A stretch of DNA of 64,000 nt from an uncultured virus (IMG/VR IMGVR_UViG_2645728113_000006) (IMGVR_UViG_2645728113_000006), one strand, 5' to 3'. Shown: positions 39,887-50,568, counted from the stretch's first letter. Notes: a model not told the origin generated them from the letters alone. Program-made: numbers and translations.

Positions 39887-40539
39887 GCAAATACTCAGGC
39901 CTCAACGGCAGCTTTGCTGAGAACATCCGCCAGTTCGCCGAGCAGGCTCAGGCAGGTCTCGACGCCACCTTCCGCGAAATCGTGATTGAGATTGGCAGCA
40001 GCGTTATACGCATGTCACCGGTGGGCAACACTGAGATTTGGGCGGCCAACGTCGCGCATCGTCAGGCCAACACTGAGGCGGCCGATGCCTACGACGCGCA
40101 TGTTGAAGTGCGCAACGTGATCAAGTCGTTGACGCCGAGCAACTTCACCAAGTCCGGCAAGCTGAAGCGCGGCGTGAAGTATGCCAAGCCGCTGACCAAG
40201 ACCGAGCGTGACCAGAACTTCAATGTGAACGGGCTGGTGGCTGGCAAGGGGTATGTCGGCGGGCGGTTTCGTGGGAACTGGCAGTTTTCCATCGATACGC
40301 CAGCTGATGGTGTGCTTGATCAGATTGATCGCTCCGGTAACGTCAGTATTGCGGTGCTGAAGGCTCAGGTCGAAGCACTAACGATTGGGCAGACGGCGTA
40401 CATCGTGAATAACCTCCCGTACTCTATTCCTTTGGAATATGGCCATAGCAAGCAGGTTCCTCCCGGAGGGATGGTTCGTACGACCATTGCCCGCTTCCAG
40501 CAGATCGTCGATGAAGCCATCAGGAACAACAAGGTATGA
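39883..40539 (+). CDS. HK97 gp10-like neck protein
   Basis: SPV..GRFRGNWQ; NNLPY..LEYGHSKQ. Confidence 0.8.
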   Translation: MSKYSGLNGSFAENIRQFAEQAQAGLDATFREIVIEIGSSVIRMSPVGNTEIWAANVAHRQANTEAADAYDAHVEVRNVIKSLTPSNFTKSGKLKRGVKYAKPLTKTERDQNFNVNGLVAGKGYVGGRFRGNWQFSIDTPADGVLDQIDRSGNVSIAVLKAQVEALTIGQTAYIVNNLPYSIPLEYGHSKQVPPGGMVRTTIARFQQIVDEAIRNNKV

Positions 40540-40952
40540 GCCACAACATCATCGCCTCAATCTACGAGGCCAAGCTGATCGCCTGGGCGAAAGCGTTGCC
40601 GGTACCGCTAAAGGTGGTCGTCGAGAACGAGGCCTACACGCCCGCTGACGGGGCGACTTACCTGAGGGCCTTCACGCTGCCGGGTGACACCGCGAGCAAC
40701 ACGCTCGGCGGCGACCACAAGCTGTACACCGGCGTGTTTCAAATCAGCATCGTGACGCCTTCCGGCAAATATCGCGGTGCAGCCGGCGGGCTGGCAGACC
40801 AGATTGCAGCACTGTTCCCGTTGTACGAACGGAATACAAAGGGAGCGCTGACCGTGGTGAACATGAGTCCGGTTGATCCCGGCCCAGGCATTCCCGACGA
40901 CACCACGTTCACCGTGCCCGTCTCGTTCATGTACCGCGCTGACACCAATTAA
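40536..40952 (+). CDS. Tail terminator-like protein
   Basis: Synteny; YTGVFQISI. Confidence 0.75.
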   Translation: MSHNIIASIYEAKLIAWAKALPVPLKVVVENEAYTPADGATYLRAFTLPGDTASNTLGGDHKLYTGVFQISIVTPSGKYRGAAGGLADQIAALFPLYERNTKGALTVVNMSPVDPGPGIPDDTTFTVPVSFMYRADTN

Positions 40953-41022
40953 TCCGCCCATTGGGCAAACCCAGAACCCGCCATTGAGCGGGTTTTGTCA
41001 TTTCTGAAAAGAGGAAAAACCC

Positions 41023-41676
41023 ATGGGCTTCAAAATTCCCAATGGCGGCAAGTTCCAGCACGCCGCAACCTATGAGGTTGCGCTGCCGTTCACTGCCATC
41101 TCCAACGCATCTGAGGCGGTGGCCACTGTCGTCGGCGCTGATTTCGACGCTGGCGATATCGTCTTGCTCAGCTCAGGCTGGAGCCAACTGGATAACAAGG
41201 TTGTTCGCGTGAAATCCGCAACCGCCACGGCGATCACCCTGGAAGCGATCGATACCACAGACACGCAGATCTTCCCGGCTGGCAACGGCGCCGGAACCAT
41301 GCGAAAGGTGCTCACCTGGGTGCAAATTCCGCAGGTCACTGACCTGGCTTTCTCCGGTGGCGAGCAGAACTATCTGGACGTGGTGTTCCTTGAGGACGAT
41401 CAGGGCAAACAGATGCCGACCGACAAGTCCGCCGCCAGCATGGTGTTGACCATCGCCGATGACCCGACTCAGGCCTTCAATGCGGTGCTGCTCAAGGCCG
41501 ATGCGGGCAAGCAGGTGCAGGCAGCGCGGCTCAACCTCCCAGGCAACGACACGCTGCTCTATGGGGCCTACACCTCGTTCTCGAAACAGCCGGCTGTCTC
41601 TCGCAACAACCTACTGACCCGCACCGTGAACTTGGCGTTGCAGTCCGAGCCAACCCGCTACCTGTCGGTGGTGTAA
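41023..41676 (+). CDS. Major tail tube protein
   Basis: WVQIPQV..SGGEQ; synteny. Confidence 0.85.
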   Translation: MGFKIPNGGKFQHAATYEVALPFTAISNASEAVATVVGADFDAGDIVLLSSGWSQLDNKVVRVKSATATAITLEAIDTTDTQIFPAGNGAGTMRKVLTWVQIPQVTDLAFSGGEQNYLDVVFLEDDQGKQMPTDKSAASMVLTIADDPTQAFNAVLLKADAGKQVQAARLNLPGNDTLLYGAYTSFSKQPAVSRNNLLTRTVNLALQSEPTRYLSVV

Positions 41677-41679
41677 CCC

Positions 41680-42060
41680 ATGGCCAAGTTCACGCTTATC
41701 CAAAACCCGACCTTCAAGGCCGACGTTATGCTCCCGACAGTTGGCGGCGAACCGGTGAAGGTGGGGTTTGAGTTCAAGTATCGCGACCGAACCGAGTTGG
41801 CAGATTTGTACGCTGACTGGGGCGAGCGGCATAAGGCTCTGGGTCTGAAGTCGGAAGAGGTGGGGTTGAAGCAGTTCACCACCTTGCTGATCGATCTTCA
41901 GGTGGAGCAGCTCAAGGCAATCGTCGCCGGCTGGGATGTTGACGAAGACTTCACCGACGAAAATCTTCGCATCTTAGTCAGCTCCATCAGCGCCACGCCA
42001 AGCGCGGTGCTGGGGGCTTACTCCGACGCGTTTAGCAAGGCTCGCCTGGGAAACTCCTAA
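41680..42060 (+). CDS. Tail assembly chaperone (G)
   Basis: NPTFKADV; ends RLGNS at the slippery site. Confidence 0.85.
   Translation: MAKFTLIQNPTFKADVMLPTVGGEPVKVGFEFKYRDRTELADLYADWGERHKALGLKSEEVGLKQFTTLLIDLQVEQLKAIVAGWDVDEDFTDENLRILVSSISATPSAVLGAYSDAFSKARLGNS
42048..42054 (+). other. Programmed -1 frameshift site G GGA AAC (G-T fusion)
   Basis: X XXY YYZ heptamer in frame; downstream ORF lies in the -1 frame. Confidence 0.85.
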
Positions 42061-42122
42061 GCGCCGCACGCACCCTCTACGAGCAAGGGCCTTCGGCTGA
42101 AGAACTGAAGACCTTCGGCTTC

Positions 42123-42377
42123 ATGGTGGGCGACCTGACCGGGCAAGACTGCGAAATCTGGCCTGACAACTGGCAGGCCTTCCTACTCTTCGAAGCGCTG
42201 AGTACCCAGTGGCGTACAGGCGCGTGCGGCGCTACCGGCTTGGATTACACGTCAATTCGCGATGTCGCGGGCTTCCTCGGTTTAACCCGGACCCAGGCCA
42301 CCGACGTTTTCCCGGATATCCGCATCATGGAAGCCGAAGCCCTGCAGGTGATGGCGGAACAGAGGGACAGTAAATGA
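42123..42377 (+). CDS. Tail chaperone frameshift extension (T)
   Basis: WPDNW...TQWR..GLDY..IME.EAL. Confidence 0.8.
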   Translation: MVGDLTGQDCEIWPDNWQAFLLFEALSTQWRTGACGATGLDYTSIRDVAGFLGLTRTQATDVFPDIRIMEAEALQVMAEQRDSK

Positions 42378-45300
42378 GCACCAACTTCACGTCCCTGGGC
42401 ATCGAGGTCAATTCGTCGTCGGCGGTCAAGGCCGCTGATGACCTCGACAAACTGGTCACAGCTGCAGAAGGCGCCGAAAAGGCGGTGGATGGACTCGGCA
42501 AGGCCAGCACTGGCCTGGCAGACACAGGCAAGAAGGTGGCGCAGGCCGAGGCCGAGGCGGCACAGGGAATTGATAAGTCGACTGGCGCCAGCGAGCGCCA
42601 GGCCGAGGCGAGACGGAAATCAGGCGCAAGCGCTACCAGCGAAATCGCCATCATCAGCCAGCTCGACAAGGCGATGTCCAGCAACATCTCCAGCATGGAG
42701 TCTTTGGTTCAGGCGGAAGGATTGCTTGAGCGCGCTCGGAAGGGTGGCCTGGTCACCATCGAGCAGCAGGAGGCTTATCAGGAACGGCTCGGCAAATCTT
42801 TTGACCGAATTGAGAAGGCTGAAGCCAAGGAGCTCGCGCAGAAACAGCGGCTGATCGATGCCGAGAACCGCCAGATTGAGGCCCTGAAGCGCACCGTCAA
42901 TAGCATTGATCCGATGGTTGCGAAGTTGGCCAAGCTGGAGGCGCAGGAAAAGGCGCTCAACGACTTGCACAAGGCCGGCGGCATCGACGCCGGAACTTAC
43001 GCAGACAGGCTGGCAAAAATCGGCAAAGACAGGTCCGGCCTGACCGCTACAGAAACTGCATTCGACAAGCTGAAGCTAGGCACCCGCCAGGCACAAGAAA
43101 ATGTCATGCAACTGACCAACGCCCTGTCTTCTGGGGATATTGGCAGTGGGGCAAGGGCCATTGCTCAGCTCGGCGCCGGCGCTGGAGCGTCTGCCAAAAG
43201 CATGGCGGCATTGCTTCTTCCTGCAGGTCTTCTCGCCGGAGTACTCGGCGGTCTCGCCTATGCCTACTTCGATGCGATGAAGCAGGCCCGGGCGTTCAAC
43301 GCCGCAATCAATGGTGGCTCGAACGACGCAGGTCAGAGCGTTGCCAGCCTTAAGGCCATGAGCGAATCGGCTGGCGTGCTGACCGGCAATCTATCCGGTG
43401 CACGCGAGGCCGTTATAGAGCTGGCTTCCGGTGCGGCTACCAGCGGCGTCCAGATGCAGAATCTGGCGCAAGCGGCGGCTGCCATTGGCGAGGTAACAGG
43501 GAAGGGCGCGGGCGATATCGCCAAGTCCCTGGCCAATGCTGGCGATACCGCAACGGAGGCGGCGGCCAAGATTAGCGACCAGTACGGCCTGCTGACCTAC
43601 GAACAGTACGAGGTGATCAAGGGCATTGATGATCAGGGAGATCACCAGCGAGCGCTTGATGTCCTGAGTGAAAGCTTGAATTTGTCGGCGCAGGAGCGGC
43701 TGAAGGCCTATCGCGCTTCTCTGTCGGATGTTGAGCGCGATTGGGACAACATCAAGATCGCAATTACCGGTGCCTATGGCGCCATTCGCTCGGAGGCTTT
43801 CCCGGATCTGGCCAAACAGATCGAGATCACCCAGCGTGTGCTCGATACACGCAAGGGCGGTGGTGTTGCCGGCGCGGTATCGAATGGGCTCAGCTCGCTT
43901 AACTCGTTCTTAGGGTTGGACGAGGGTGAAAACGATGATTCCACTGCTGCGCTGGAGAAGAAGCTTGCCGGGCTCAAGGCGCGCCAGTCAGCCAGTGAAA
44001 GCCTCGCTGCGACCACCGGTGAAACAACGCACGCGAACAAGGAACTGATCGCTGTCCAGAAGGAGCTGGACAAGCAGATGCTGGACCTGGATCCGCTCGC
44101 AAAGCGCCAGGAAGCCTACAAAAAGCTGAATGACAAGTTCACGAAGCTTTATCAAGAATCGGAGAAAACCGGGCAAAAATCGGCATTGCTCAATGGTGTC
44201 GAATTCGACGGAAAGAAATTCTCAGGAGGCGCCTACGACAAGCTGAAATCGGCTATCGATGAGAAGGACAAGGATCCGAAAGCCGCGACGGGCAGTGTTG
44301 ACCTCACAGGTTTCAATGATGCCAAGAACAACTTGGCGGCTATTTCTGCCGACTACAAAAACTATCAGAAGGAACTGGAAGCTGCGCAAAAGGCGGGGCT
44401 GGTGTCAGAAGCCGACTACCTGCTACGGCGCCAAGCACTCATCGGTAACGAACGGGACCAAGCAACGGCAGCCTACGAGGCAGAGATATCCGTGCTGGAG
44501 GCTGCCAAGGGTAAGAAGACCACCACGGCCGCGCAAAGCATCCAGCTTGACCAGAAGATCGCTGACGCGCGCGCAGGGATGGTCAAGGCGCAGAAGGATG
44601 CCGATAGCCAGCTTGAGGTTCTGGCGACAAACGAGACCGGGCGCCTAGCCAAGCAAGAGCGGGCGATCAGTACCTACGTACAGGCTTTGGGTCAGCAACA
44701 GCGAGCTCTGGAGCTGGCCGGGCAACGTGCCGTGCTGGGCGTTGGTCAGGGCGATCGCCAAAACGCACTCAGCGGCGAACTGAACAGTCAGCAAGACCGG
44801 TTTGCTCAGCAGGCGTTGGAGCTGGCCAACCAGAAGTCTGACCCGTCTCGCAATATGTCGGAGGAAGAGTTCAAGCGTAAGTCGCAGGCTCTCGCCGATG
44901 CGAACAAGGCAGCCACCGACCAGATCCGGCAGAACTATGCCGACGTGGAGAATGCCCAAGGTGACTGGACGAAGGGCGCGACGGCTGCGTGGGACAACTA
45001 TCTGGATTCGGCTAGGAACATTGCGGGACAGACGAAGAGTTTGTTCGGCAACGCTTTCGGCTCCATGGAGGATTCGCTCGTTAACTTCGCCGTCACCGGC
45101 AAGGCGTCCTTTGCTGACTTCACCAAGTCGATCTTGGCGGATATGGCACGCATTGCCACTCGACAGGCGAGCTCGGCGTTACTGGGCAGCCTGGTTGGCG
45201 CAGCGACAAGCTATTTCGCAGGAGGTGGCTCGACTCCAACGTCAGCGGGCTCCACTCAAGCTGGGTACACCGGTGTCGACTTCTCTGGTTACAGAGCGGC

Positions 45301-45655
45301 GGGCGGTCCAGTCGATCCGAGCTCTCTGTACCAGGTGAACGAACTAGGTCCCGAGCTCTACAACGAGGGCGGGAAGTCTTACCTGATGACCGGTACCAAC
45401 GGAGGGAGCGTGACGCCGCTCTCTACTGGCAGAGGGCCTGGGATGGCTGCAATGTCTGGTGGCGGGGGCACGACGCAAATCAATGTCGAGGTTCATATCG
45501 ACGGTGACGGCAATGCGTCGTCATCGGCAGACGCTCCTGGTTACGACCTGTTCGGTAAGGAACTGGCCGCGTTCGTCGAGCAGAAGTACCAGCAGATGCG
45601 TAACAAAGACATGGGCCAGGGCGGCGTCATCAGCAATGCAATCAAGGGGCGCTAA
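42374..45655 (+). CDS. Tape measure protein
   Basis: 1093 aa, Ala-rich helical; lambda-type C-terminus. Confidence 0.93.
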   Translation: MSTNFTSLGIEVNSSSAVKAADDLDKLVTAAEGAEKAVDGLGKASTGLADTGKKVAQAEAEAAQGIDKSTGASERQAEARRKSGASATSEIAIISQLDKAMSSNISSMESLVQAEGLLERARKGGLVTIEQQEAYQERLGKSFDRIEKAEAKELAQKQRLIDAENRQIEALKRTVNSIDPMVAKLAKLEAQEKALNDLHKAGGIDAGTYADRLAKIGKDRSGLTATETAFDKLKLGTRQAQENVMQLTNALSSGDIGSGARAIAQLGAGAGASAKSMAALLLPAGLLAGVLGGLAYAYFDAMKQARAFNAAINGGSNDAGQSVASLKAMSESAGVLTGNLSGAREAVIELASGAATSGVQMQNLAQAAAAIGEVTGKGAGDIAKSLANAGDTATEAAAKISDQYGLLTYEQYEVIKGIDDQGDHQRALDVLSESLNLSAQERLKAYRASLSDVERDWDNIKIAITGAYGAIRSEAFPDLAKQIEITQRVLDTRKGGGVAGAVSNGLSSLNSFLGLDEGENDDSTAALEKKLAGLKARQSASESLAATTGETTHANKELIAVQKELDKQMLDLDPLAKRQEAYKKLNDKFTKLYQESEKTGQKSALLNGVEFDGKKFSGGAYDKLKSAIDEKDKDPKAATGSVDLTGFNDAKNNLAAISADYKNYQKELEAAQKAGLVSEADYLLRRQALIGNERDQATAAYEAEISVLEAAKGKKTTTAAQSIQLDQKIADARAGMVKAQKDADSQLEVLATNETGRLAKQERAISTYVQALGQQQRALELAGQRAVLGVGQGDRQNALSGELNSQQDRFAQQALELANQKSDPSRNMSEEEFKRKSQALADANKAATDQIRQNYADVENAQGDWTKGATAAWDNYLDSARNIAGQTKSLFGNAFGSMEDSLVNFAVTGKASFADFTKSILADMARIATRQASSALLGSLVGAATSYFAGGGSTPTSAGSTQAGYTGVDFSGYRAAGGPVDPSSLYQVNELGPELYNEGGKSYLMTGTNGGSVTPLSTGRGPGMAAMSGGGGTTQINVEVHIDGDGNASSSADAPGYDLFGKELAAFVEQKYQQMRNKDMGQGGVISNAIKGR

Positions 45656-45993
45656 TGGCAATCGAACGATTCACCTGGGCAACAGAGAAGGGCGCGGAGG
45701 GTGATATCACTCAGCGCGTTCGCTCCAAGAAGTTCGGAGATGGTTATGAGCAGTCCGTAGAGGATGGGGTCAACAATCAATCTGAATCTTGGCCTGTGAC
45801 CTTCACCGGTATGGAAGCCAAGATCAAGCTGATCAGGAAGTTCCTCGACCGGCACAAGGGTGCAAAAGGATTTCTCTGGACGCCCCCCCTTGGCGTGCTT
45901 GGGCTCTACAAATGCACCGGCTACAAACCTGTGCACCGAGGCGGCCAGGTCTATGCCATCACCGCTACGTTCCAGCAAACCTTTCACCCCTGA
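45655..45993 (+). CDS. Minor tail protein M-like
   Basis: FGDGYEQ; FLWTPP. Confidence 0.88.
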   Translation: MAIERFTWATEKGAEGDITQRVRSKKFGDGYEQSVEDGVNNQSESWPVTFTGMEAKIKLIRKFLDRHKGAKGFLWTPPLGVLGLYKCTGYKPVHRGGQVYAITATFQQTFHP

Positions 45994-46004
45994 GATAACC
46001 GCAC

Positions 46005-46757
46005 ATGGCACTGATCACGGACATCCAGAAACTGGAGCCCGGCGGCGAAATTCGCCTGTTCGAAATTGACGGGACCGAATACGGCGCGGATTACTTGCGT
46101 TTCCACGGTCACGCCATCCCGCACACGCCGGAGGAACTGCTGGCCTACGAGCATTCGGAAGAGGATCTTCCGGCCAAGTCGATTTGGTGGCAGGGCGAGG
46201 AGTACGCGGCCTGGCCGGTACAGATTGAGGGTATTTCCTCGAGCAGCGACGGCACCGCCTCTCGGCCGACATTCGCCGCTGGGAACATCAATGGTCGCGT
46301 CACGGCGTTGTGCCTCGCCTTCGAAGACATGCTGAAGTTCAAGCTGACGGTTCGCGAGACTCTGGCGCAGTACCTGGACGCGGCCAACTACCCCGAGGGC
46401 AACCCGGCTGCTGACCCGACCCAGGAGGCGCTTGAGATCTGGTACATCGACCAGAAAACCAGCGAGGACGGTGAGGCGGTGGTCTGGGAGTTGTCTTCCC
46501 CGGGCGAGATCGACAACCACGGTCTGCCTGGCAGGCAGATGACGACGTTTTGCCACTGGGCAATGACCAATGGCTACCGGGGGCCGGATTGCGGCTACAC
46601 CGGTGCGGCCATGTTCGATGATGAGGACAACCCCACGGACGATCCCGCCAAGGATCAGTGCAAGGGCTGCCTCTCGTCCTGCAAGTTGCGCTTCGGCGAG
46701 AACAACGAACTGTCTTTCGGCGGATTCCCCGCCGTATCCCTTATTGCCCGGAGCTGA
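46005..46757 (+). CDS. Minor tail protein L
   Basis: YRGPDCGY; C.G.LSSCKLRFG; FGGFP. Confidence 0.9.
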   Translation: MALITDIQKLEPGGEIRLFEIDGTEYGADYLRFHGHAIPHTPEELLAYEHSEEDLPAKSIWWQGEEYAAWPVQIEGISSSSDGTASRPTFAAGNINGRVTALCLAFEDMLKFKLTVRETLAQYLDAANYPEGNPAADPTQEALEIWYIDQKTSEDGEAVVWELSSPGEIDNHGLPGRQMTTFCHWAMTNGYRGPDCGYTGAAMFDDEDNPTDDPAKDQCKGCLSSCKLRFGENNELSFGGFPAVSLIARS

Positions 46758-46759
46758 CC

Positions 46760-47515
46760 ATGCGCAAGCACATCATTGCGGCCATCCAGGCGCACGCGGC
46801 AGCCGAGTACCCGCGCGAGTGCTGCGGCCTGCTGCTGGCCGTCGGTAGGGCGCAGAAGTACGTCCCGTGTCGAAACATCGCCACGGAGCCTAACGAAGAG
46901 TTCCGTCTTGATCCCGAGGATTACGCTGCTGCGGAAGACCAAGGCGAGGTGATCGGGATTGTTCACTCCCATCCGGACGCCACAAGCAGGCCGTCACCGC
47001 ACGACTTGGCCATGTGCGAGGCCACGGCCTTGCCCTGGCACATATTATCGTGGCCTGAAGGGGACTTGCGCACGGTCATGCCCTCCGGCAGCACGCCGTT
47101 ACTCAAACGACCATTTGTTCATGGGGTATGGGACTGTTGGGCGATATGCGCCGAGTGGTACCAGCGTGAATGGGGGATTGAGTTTGAAGCCTTCCAGCGC
47201 ACCGATGGCTGGTGGGAGAGTGCGGAGAACGCAAGCCTATACGAGCAGCACTACGAGGCCGCCGGCTTTGTACGCGTCGACCGACCGCAGCGCGGTGACA
47301 TGATCGTTATGCAGGTTGGCCGGACGGCGCATCCTAATCATGCAGGGATCTATCTGGGCACTGATCCGGCGCTACCCGACGAAGAGTCAGGCACTTTCGG
47401 CCCTGGGCCGTTCCTGCTGCATCACCTATACGGCAGGCCGTCCGAGATCATCGTCTATGGCGGGCCCTGGCATGACCGAACGCGCCTGATCCTGAGGCAT
47501 AAAGTCGTCGCCTAG
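46760..47515 (+). CDS. Tail assembly protein K (JAB plus NlpC/P60)
   Basis: YPRECCG; HSHPD; DCW; NHAGIY. Confidence 0.9.
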   Translation: MRKHIIAAIQAHAAAEYPRECCGLLLAVGRAQKYVPCRNIATEPNEEFRLDPEDYAAAEDQGEVIGIVHSHPDATSRPSPHDLAMCEATALPWHILSWPEGDLRTVMPSGSTPLLKRPFVHGVWDCWAICAEWYQREWGIEFEAFQRTDGWWESAENASLYEQHYEAAGFVRVDRPQRGDMIVMQVGRTAHPNHAGIYLGTDPALPDEESGTFGPGPFLLHHLYGRPSEIIVYGGPWHDRTRLILRHKVVA

Positions 47516-47588
47516 GTTGTATGCCTGAACAGTATCGACTCGTCACGACAATCTACTTATCCTAGATTATTTGATACGAGATCAAATC

Positions 47589-48395
47589 ATGTTGCCCGAG
47601 CCAAGGCTGGCGCTAAACGAACTACTCAAGGAGCGAACCCTGCTCTGGCATAAGATTGCTGAAAATCATTATGTTGACGAGTTTGAGGTTCGGCGACTTT
47701 TTAATAAGCTTGATCGGCTGATAACAGATCCCGGTGCCGAGTTCAGTATTGCACCAGCCGCTTTGCATGAGCAGGCATATCTTTACGCTTACCAAATGAA
47801 AACCTCTAACGCCCTGCGGTTGTTTGAAGATGCTCGCCGTGCGGGACTTGATGGGCTTGCCGTATCAATTTCTACGGCCCATGCTTTATATATTTGTGGC
47901 GAGGTCGAAATGTCCAGGGAAGAGATATTGCGTACTGACTATTCTGATGCGAATAACAGGGGGCTGTCAGGGCTGGCTGATACCTGCGTTCATACTGGCT
48001 TGCTGAAAATGGCCAGGGATCTTTACATTCGGTCTGGAAAACAGGGTGGCGAAGTAAGCACTCAAGTTTTGCGTGCGGCCGAAATAATGGACCAGATTGG
48101 CGCGACGGATGAACAAGTAATGCGCAGGATCGCGACGGCTGCAAAAATTATCAAGTCTATGTCTGCGCATCCGTTCATTGCATTTGACCTGTTCGCTATG
48201 CAGGGCGAGGGAATCCTCTACCGCTTCGTAGTGAATGGGAGTACTGAAAGGCTGGTCGAGATTGATATGGCAATTGATGAGGCATTAATCGCTGATTTCG
48301 ATGAGGAAATTGATGACGTATTGTCGATTGGGATTGCGCCTTATGAGTTCGGTTCGAATATGTTAGCTGCGGATGGTTATTATGTCGGTGTGTAG
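47589..48395 (+). CDS. Helical-repeat (TPR-like) accessory protein
   Basis: Long ORF overlapping the HEPN-like gene; atypical codon usage. Confidence 0.7.
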   Translation: MLPEPRLALNELLKERTLLWHKIAENHYVDEFEVRRLFNKLDRLITDPGAEFSIAPAALHEQAYLYAYQMKTSNALRLFEDARRAGLDGLAVSISTAHALYICGEVEMSREEILRTDYSDANNRGLSGLADTCVHTGLLKMARDLYIRSGKQGGEVSTQVLRAAEIMDQIGATDEQVMRRIATAAKIIKSMSAHPFIAFDLFAMQGEGILYRFVVNGSTERLVEIDMAIDEALIADFDEEIDDVLSIGIAPYEFGSNMLAADGYYVGV

Positions 48396-48759
48396 TGATG
48401 ATCTGTTGTTGTTAGCCGAGTCACTTATTGGAAGTAAGGATGAGGTTGGCAATCGTGCGAGCATAAGCAGAAGTTATTATGCACTGTACCATGAGGCTAC
48501 AATAGCCGCATCGGCGCTCTCTTTAAAAAGCAATCCAGATGTAAAAACAAGTCACGATAAATTAATTTCGCGCTTTACCGGTGCGACTAAAGGTCTTGCC
48601 TCAATTGGGCGCGGCATTCTCAAGCAAAAGCGATTGCGTGCAATGGCTGACTATGAGATCGGCTCAGATCTCAATGCGTCCGAGGCGAGGTTCCATTTGG
48701 CTACAAGCAAGCGGCTTGTAAGTGACTTGCGAAGGATCGCTGATCCTGCGAACTCTTAA
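48382..48759 (+). CDS. HEPN-like domain protein
   Basis: RASISRSYYALYH...SH..LI...R.MADY. Confidence 0.75.
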   Translation: MSVCSDDLLLLAESLIGSKDEVGNRASISRSYYALYHEATIAASALSLKSNPDVKTSHDKLISRFTGATKGLASIGRGILKQKRLRAMADYEIGSDLNASEARFHLATSKRLVSDLRRIADPANS

Positions 48760-49018
48760 GATCTTTGCTGGATCAGGTCTTGAACAGAGTTTTCCTGTTA
48801 TCCGCCACCCTGCTACAGTCCCGCCAAACCAAAGAGGGAACGACATGCGGATTTTTGCTGTGATGTGCGAGGACCATTGATGTGATGCTGTGTTAGAGCG
48901 CAAGAGACTTTGGCAGTTTTATATGGAAGAGCGAGAAATCGCGAGTAGCTCCTATTGATTGCTGGCGCTGATCATGGCCGAATGATAGCTTTCAACCGTA
49001 TTAATTTTTTTCCACGGA

Positions 49019-49894
49019 GTGGATGTGCCAGCCCTTATTCCCCAATTGGTCAATGCTGCACTCGATCCTCATACATCGGTTGCCAGCTTGCTAAGGCATG
49101 CGCTAGTAGCGGCAAATAGGCTTAGTCTCGTTGACCTGGCCGATTGGATGAGTTCGGAACTCAATGGCTACAAAACCGCTTCACTGCCGGAGTATAGAAA
49201 GCTCCGTGGCACTCTCATTTGTGAGCACGAATTTGGGGGGTGGATGCCTTTAGAGGTCACGCATGCGGCAACCCTTAATATGGTGTCTCAGCGACCGTTC
49301 TATCAGTCCATCCCGGAATTAGAGCGATTAACTAGCAGCGGCGGGCCTTTCGTCGTTTTTTTTCCTCCAAAGAATGAAGTTTACTTACGCTCATTAATGA
49401 GGCCACCGACTAGGCCGGCAGTGGAAATACAGGCGAGCCAGATATTTGGCCTAATAGAGCTAGTTCGTAGCAGAATATTACAGTGGGCACTAGACCTTGA
49501 GTCCAAAGGGGTTATGGGTGAAGGTATGTCGTTTACATTGCAGGAGCGTCAGATCGTGGCTGCACAGCACTACCATTTTGGCGATGTTACTGGATCTCAA
49601 ATTCAAATTGGCTCGAGTGGGTCGAATCAGTCCATCGCACCCGGTGACAGCACGGGAGCAATGAATGCGTTAATCAACCTGCTTCGTGATGTTCTAGCTC
49701 GGAACGAGATTGATGGCGATGTGGCTGCCGAGTTGGTTGCCGAGCTCAAGACTCTGGAAGCTCAAGCCGAATCACCACGGCCTAAGGCATCAATTATCAG
49801 AGAAACCGCGCTGAGTATTCAGAGGGTCTTAGAGGGGGTTGCCGGTAACGTATTAGCGACCGCCGCTCCATTGATTTATTCGCTGGTGAGTTGA
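49019..49894 (+). CDS. AbiTii-like domain protein
   Basis: LLRHALVAA.RL....W...ELNGY...LPEYRKLRG. Confidence 0.8.
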   Translation: MDVPALIPQLVNAALDPHTSVASLLRHALVAANRLSLVDLADWMSSELNGYKTASLPEYRKLRGTLICEHEFGGWMPLEVTHAATLNMVSQRPFYQSIPELERLTSSGGPFVVFFPPKNEVYLRSLMRPPTRPAVEIQASQIFGLIELVRSRILQWALDLESKGVMGEGMSFTLQERQIVAAQHYHFGDVTGSQIQIGSSGSNQSIAPGDSTGAMNALINLLRDVLARNEIDGDVAAELVAELKTLEAQAESPRPKASIIRETALSIQRVLEGVAGNVLATAAPLIYSLVS

Positions 49895-49926
49895 TGCCAG
49901 CCCAGTCCCGCGCTGGGCTTTTTGCT

Positions 49927-50475
49927 TTAAACATTCCGAGGAGTTCGCCGATCCTTGAGTACGGAATCTAGGTCTCGTGCTAATTGGTCGGCGAGAATTC
50001 CGAGGATTGTCCATATGGCCATTGAGCGGGTGCGGATGACAATCGCATGCGTCTCCTCATCCTCTCCTTCGGGCTCATAAGGCGTGAAATTCTTCTGATA
50101 CACGGCGAACCCGATCGGCTCGCTGATTTTGAAGAATTTTGCTAGCAGAGGCTGCAAGCGCACTGGTTCGTTTCGATGTCCTACCGCGTTGCGAAGGTTA
50201 TTTAGCGCCTTAATCGAATCCCATAGTTCAGGCTCCATAGCTGAACCCACGATTGCCCTGCAGAGCTCCGTAGCAGTGCCGAAAGTAAAAATATCGTTTC
50301 GGCTATAAGGGCGAGAGTATTGGGCTACCCCAGCGGCTATCAGATCATGCAATTGCTCCTCGACAATCATGTGGCCGCGTAGCACTGCCGACAGCAGTTC
50401 ACTGTCCCGTTCGAAGGTGCGATGAAACTGCGCGGTCTTCTTCTCGATGTCCTTTGCGAAAAGTTCTCTTTTCAT
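49927..50475 (-). CDS. HEPN/MtlR-like helical protein
   Basis: VLRGHMIVE and LNNLRNAVGH (Rx4H). Confidence 0.65.
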   Translation of the reverse strand: MKRELFAKDIEKKTAQFHRTFERDSELLSAVLRGHMIVEEQLHDLIAAGVAQYSRPYSRNDIFTFGTATELCRAIVGSAMEPELWDSIKALNNLRNAVGHRNEPVRLQPLLAKFFKISEPIGFAVYQKNFTPYEPEGEDEETHAIVIRTRSMAIWTILGILADQLARDLDSVLKDRRTPRNV

Positions 50476-50568
50476 AGTCTTCTTTGCTTGGGTAGCTTCA
50501 CAACTAGCCCGGCGGGCCGGGCTTGGTGATTCGATTTAGTTATGGTGATCACCACCATTATCGGGTCT

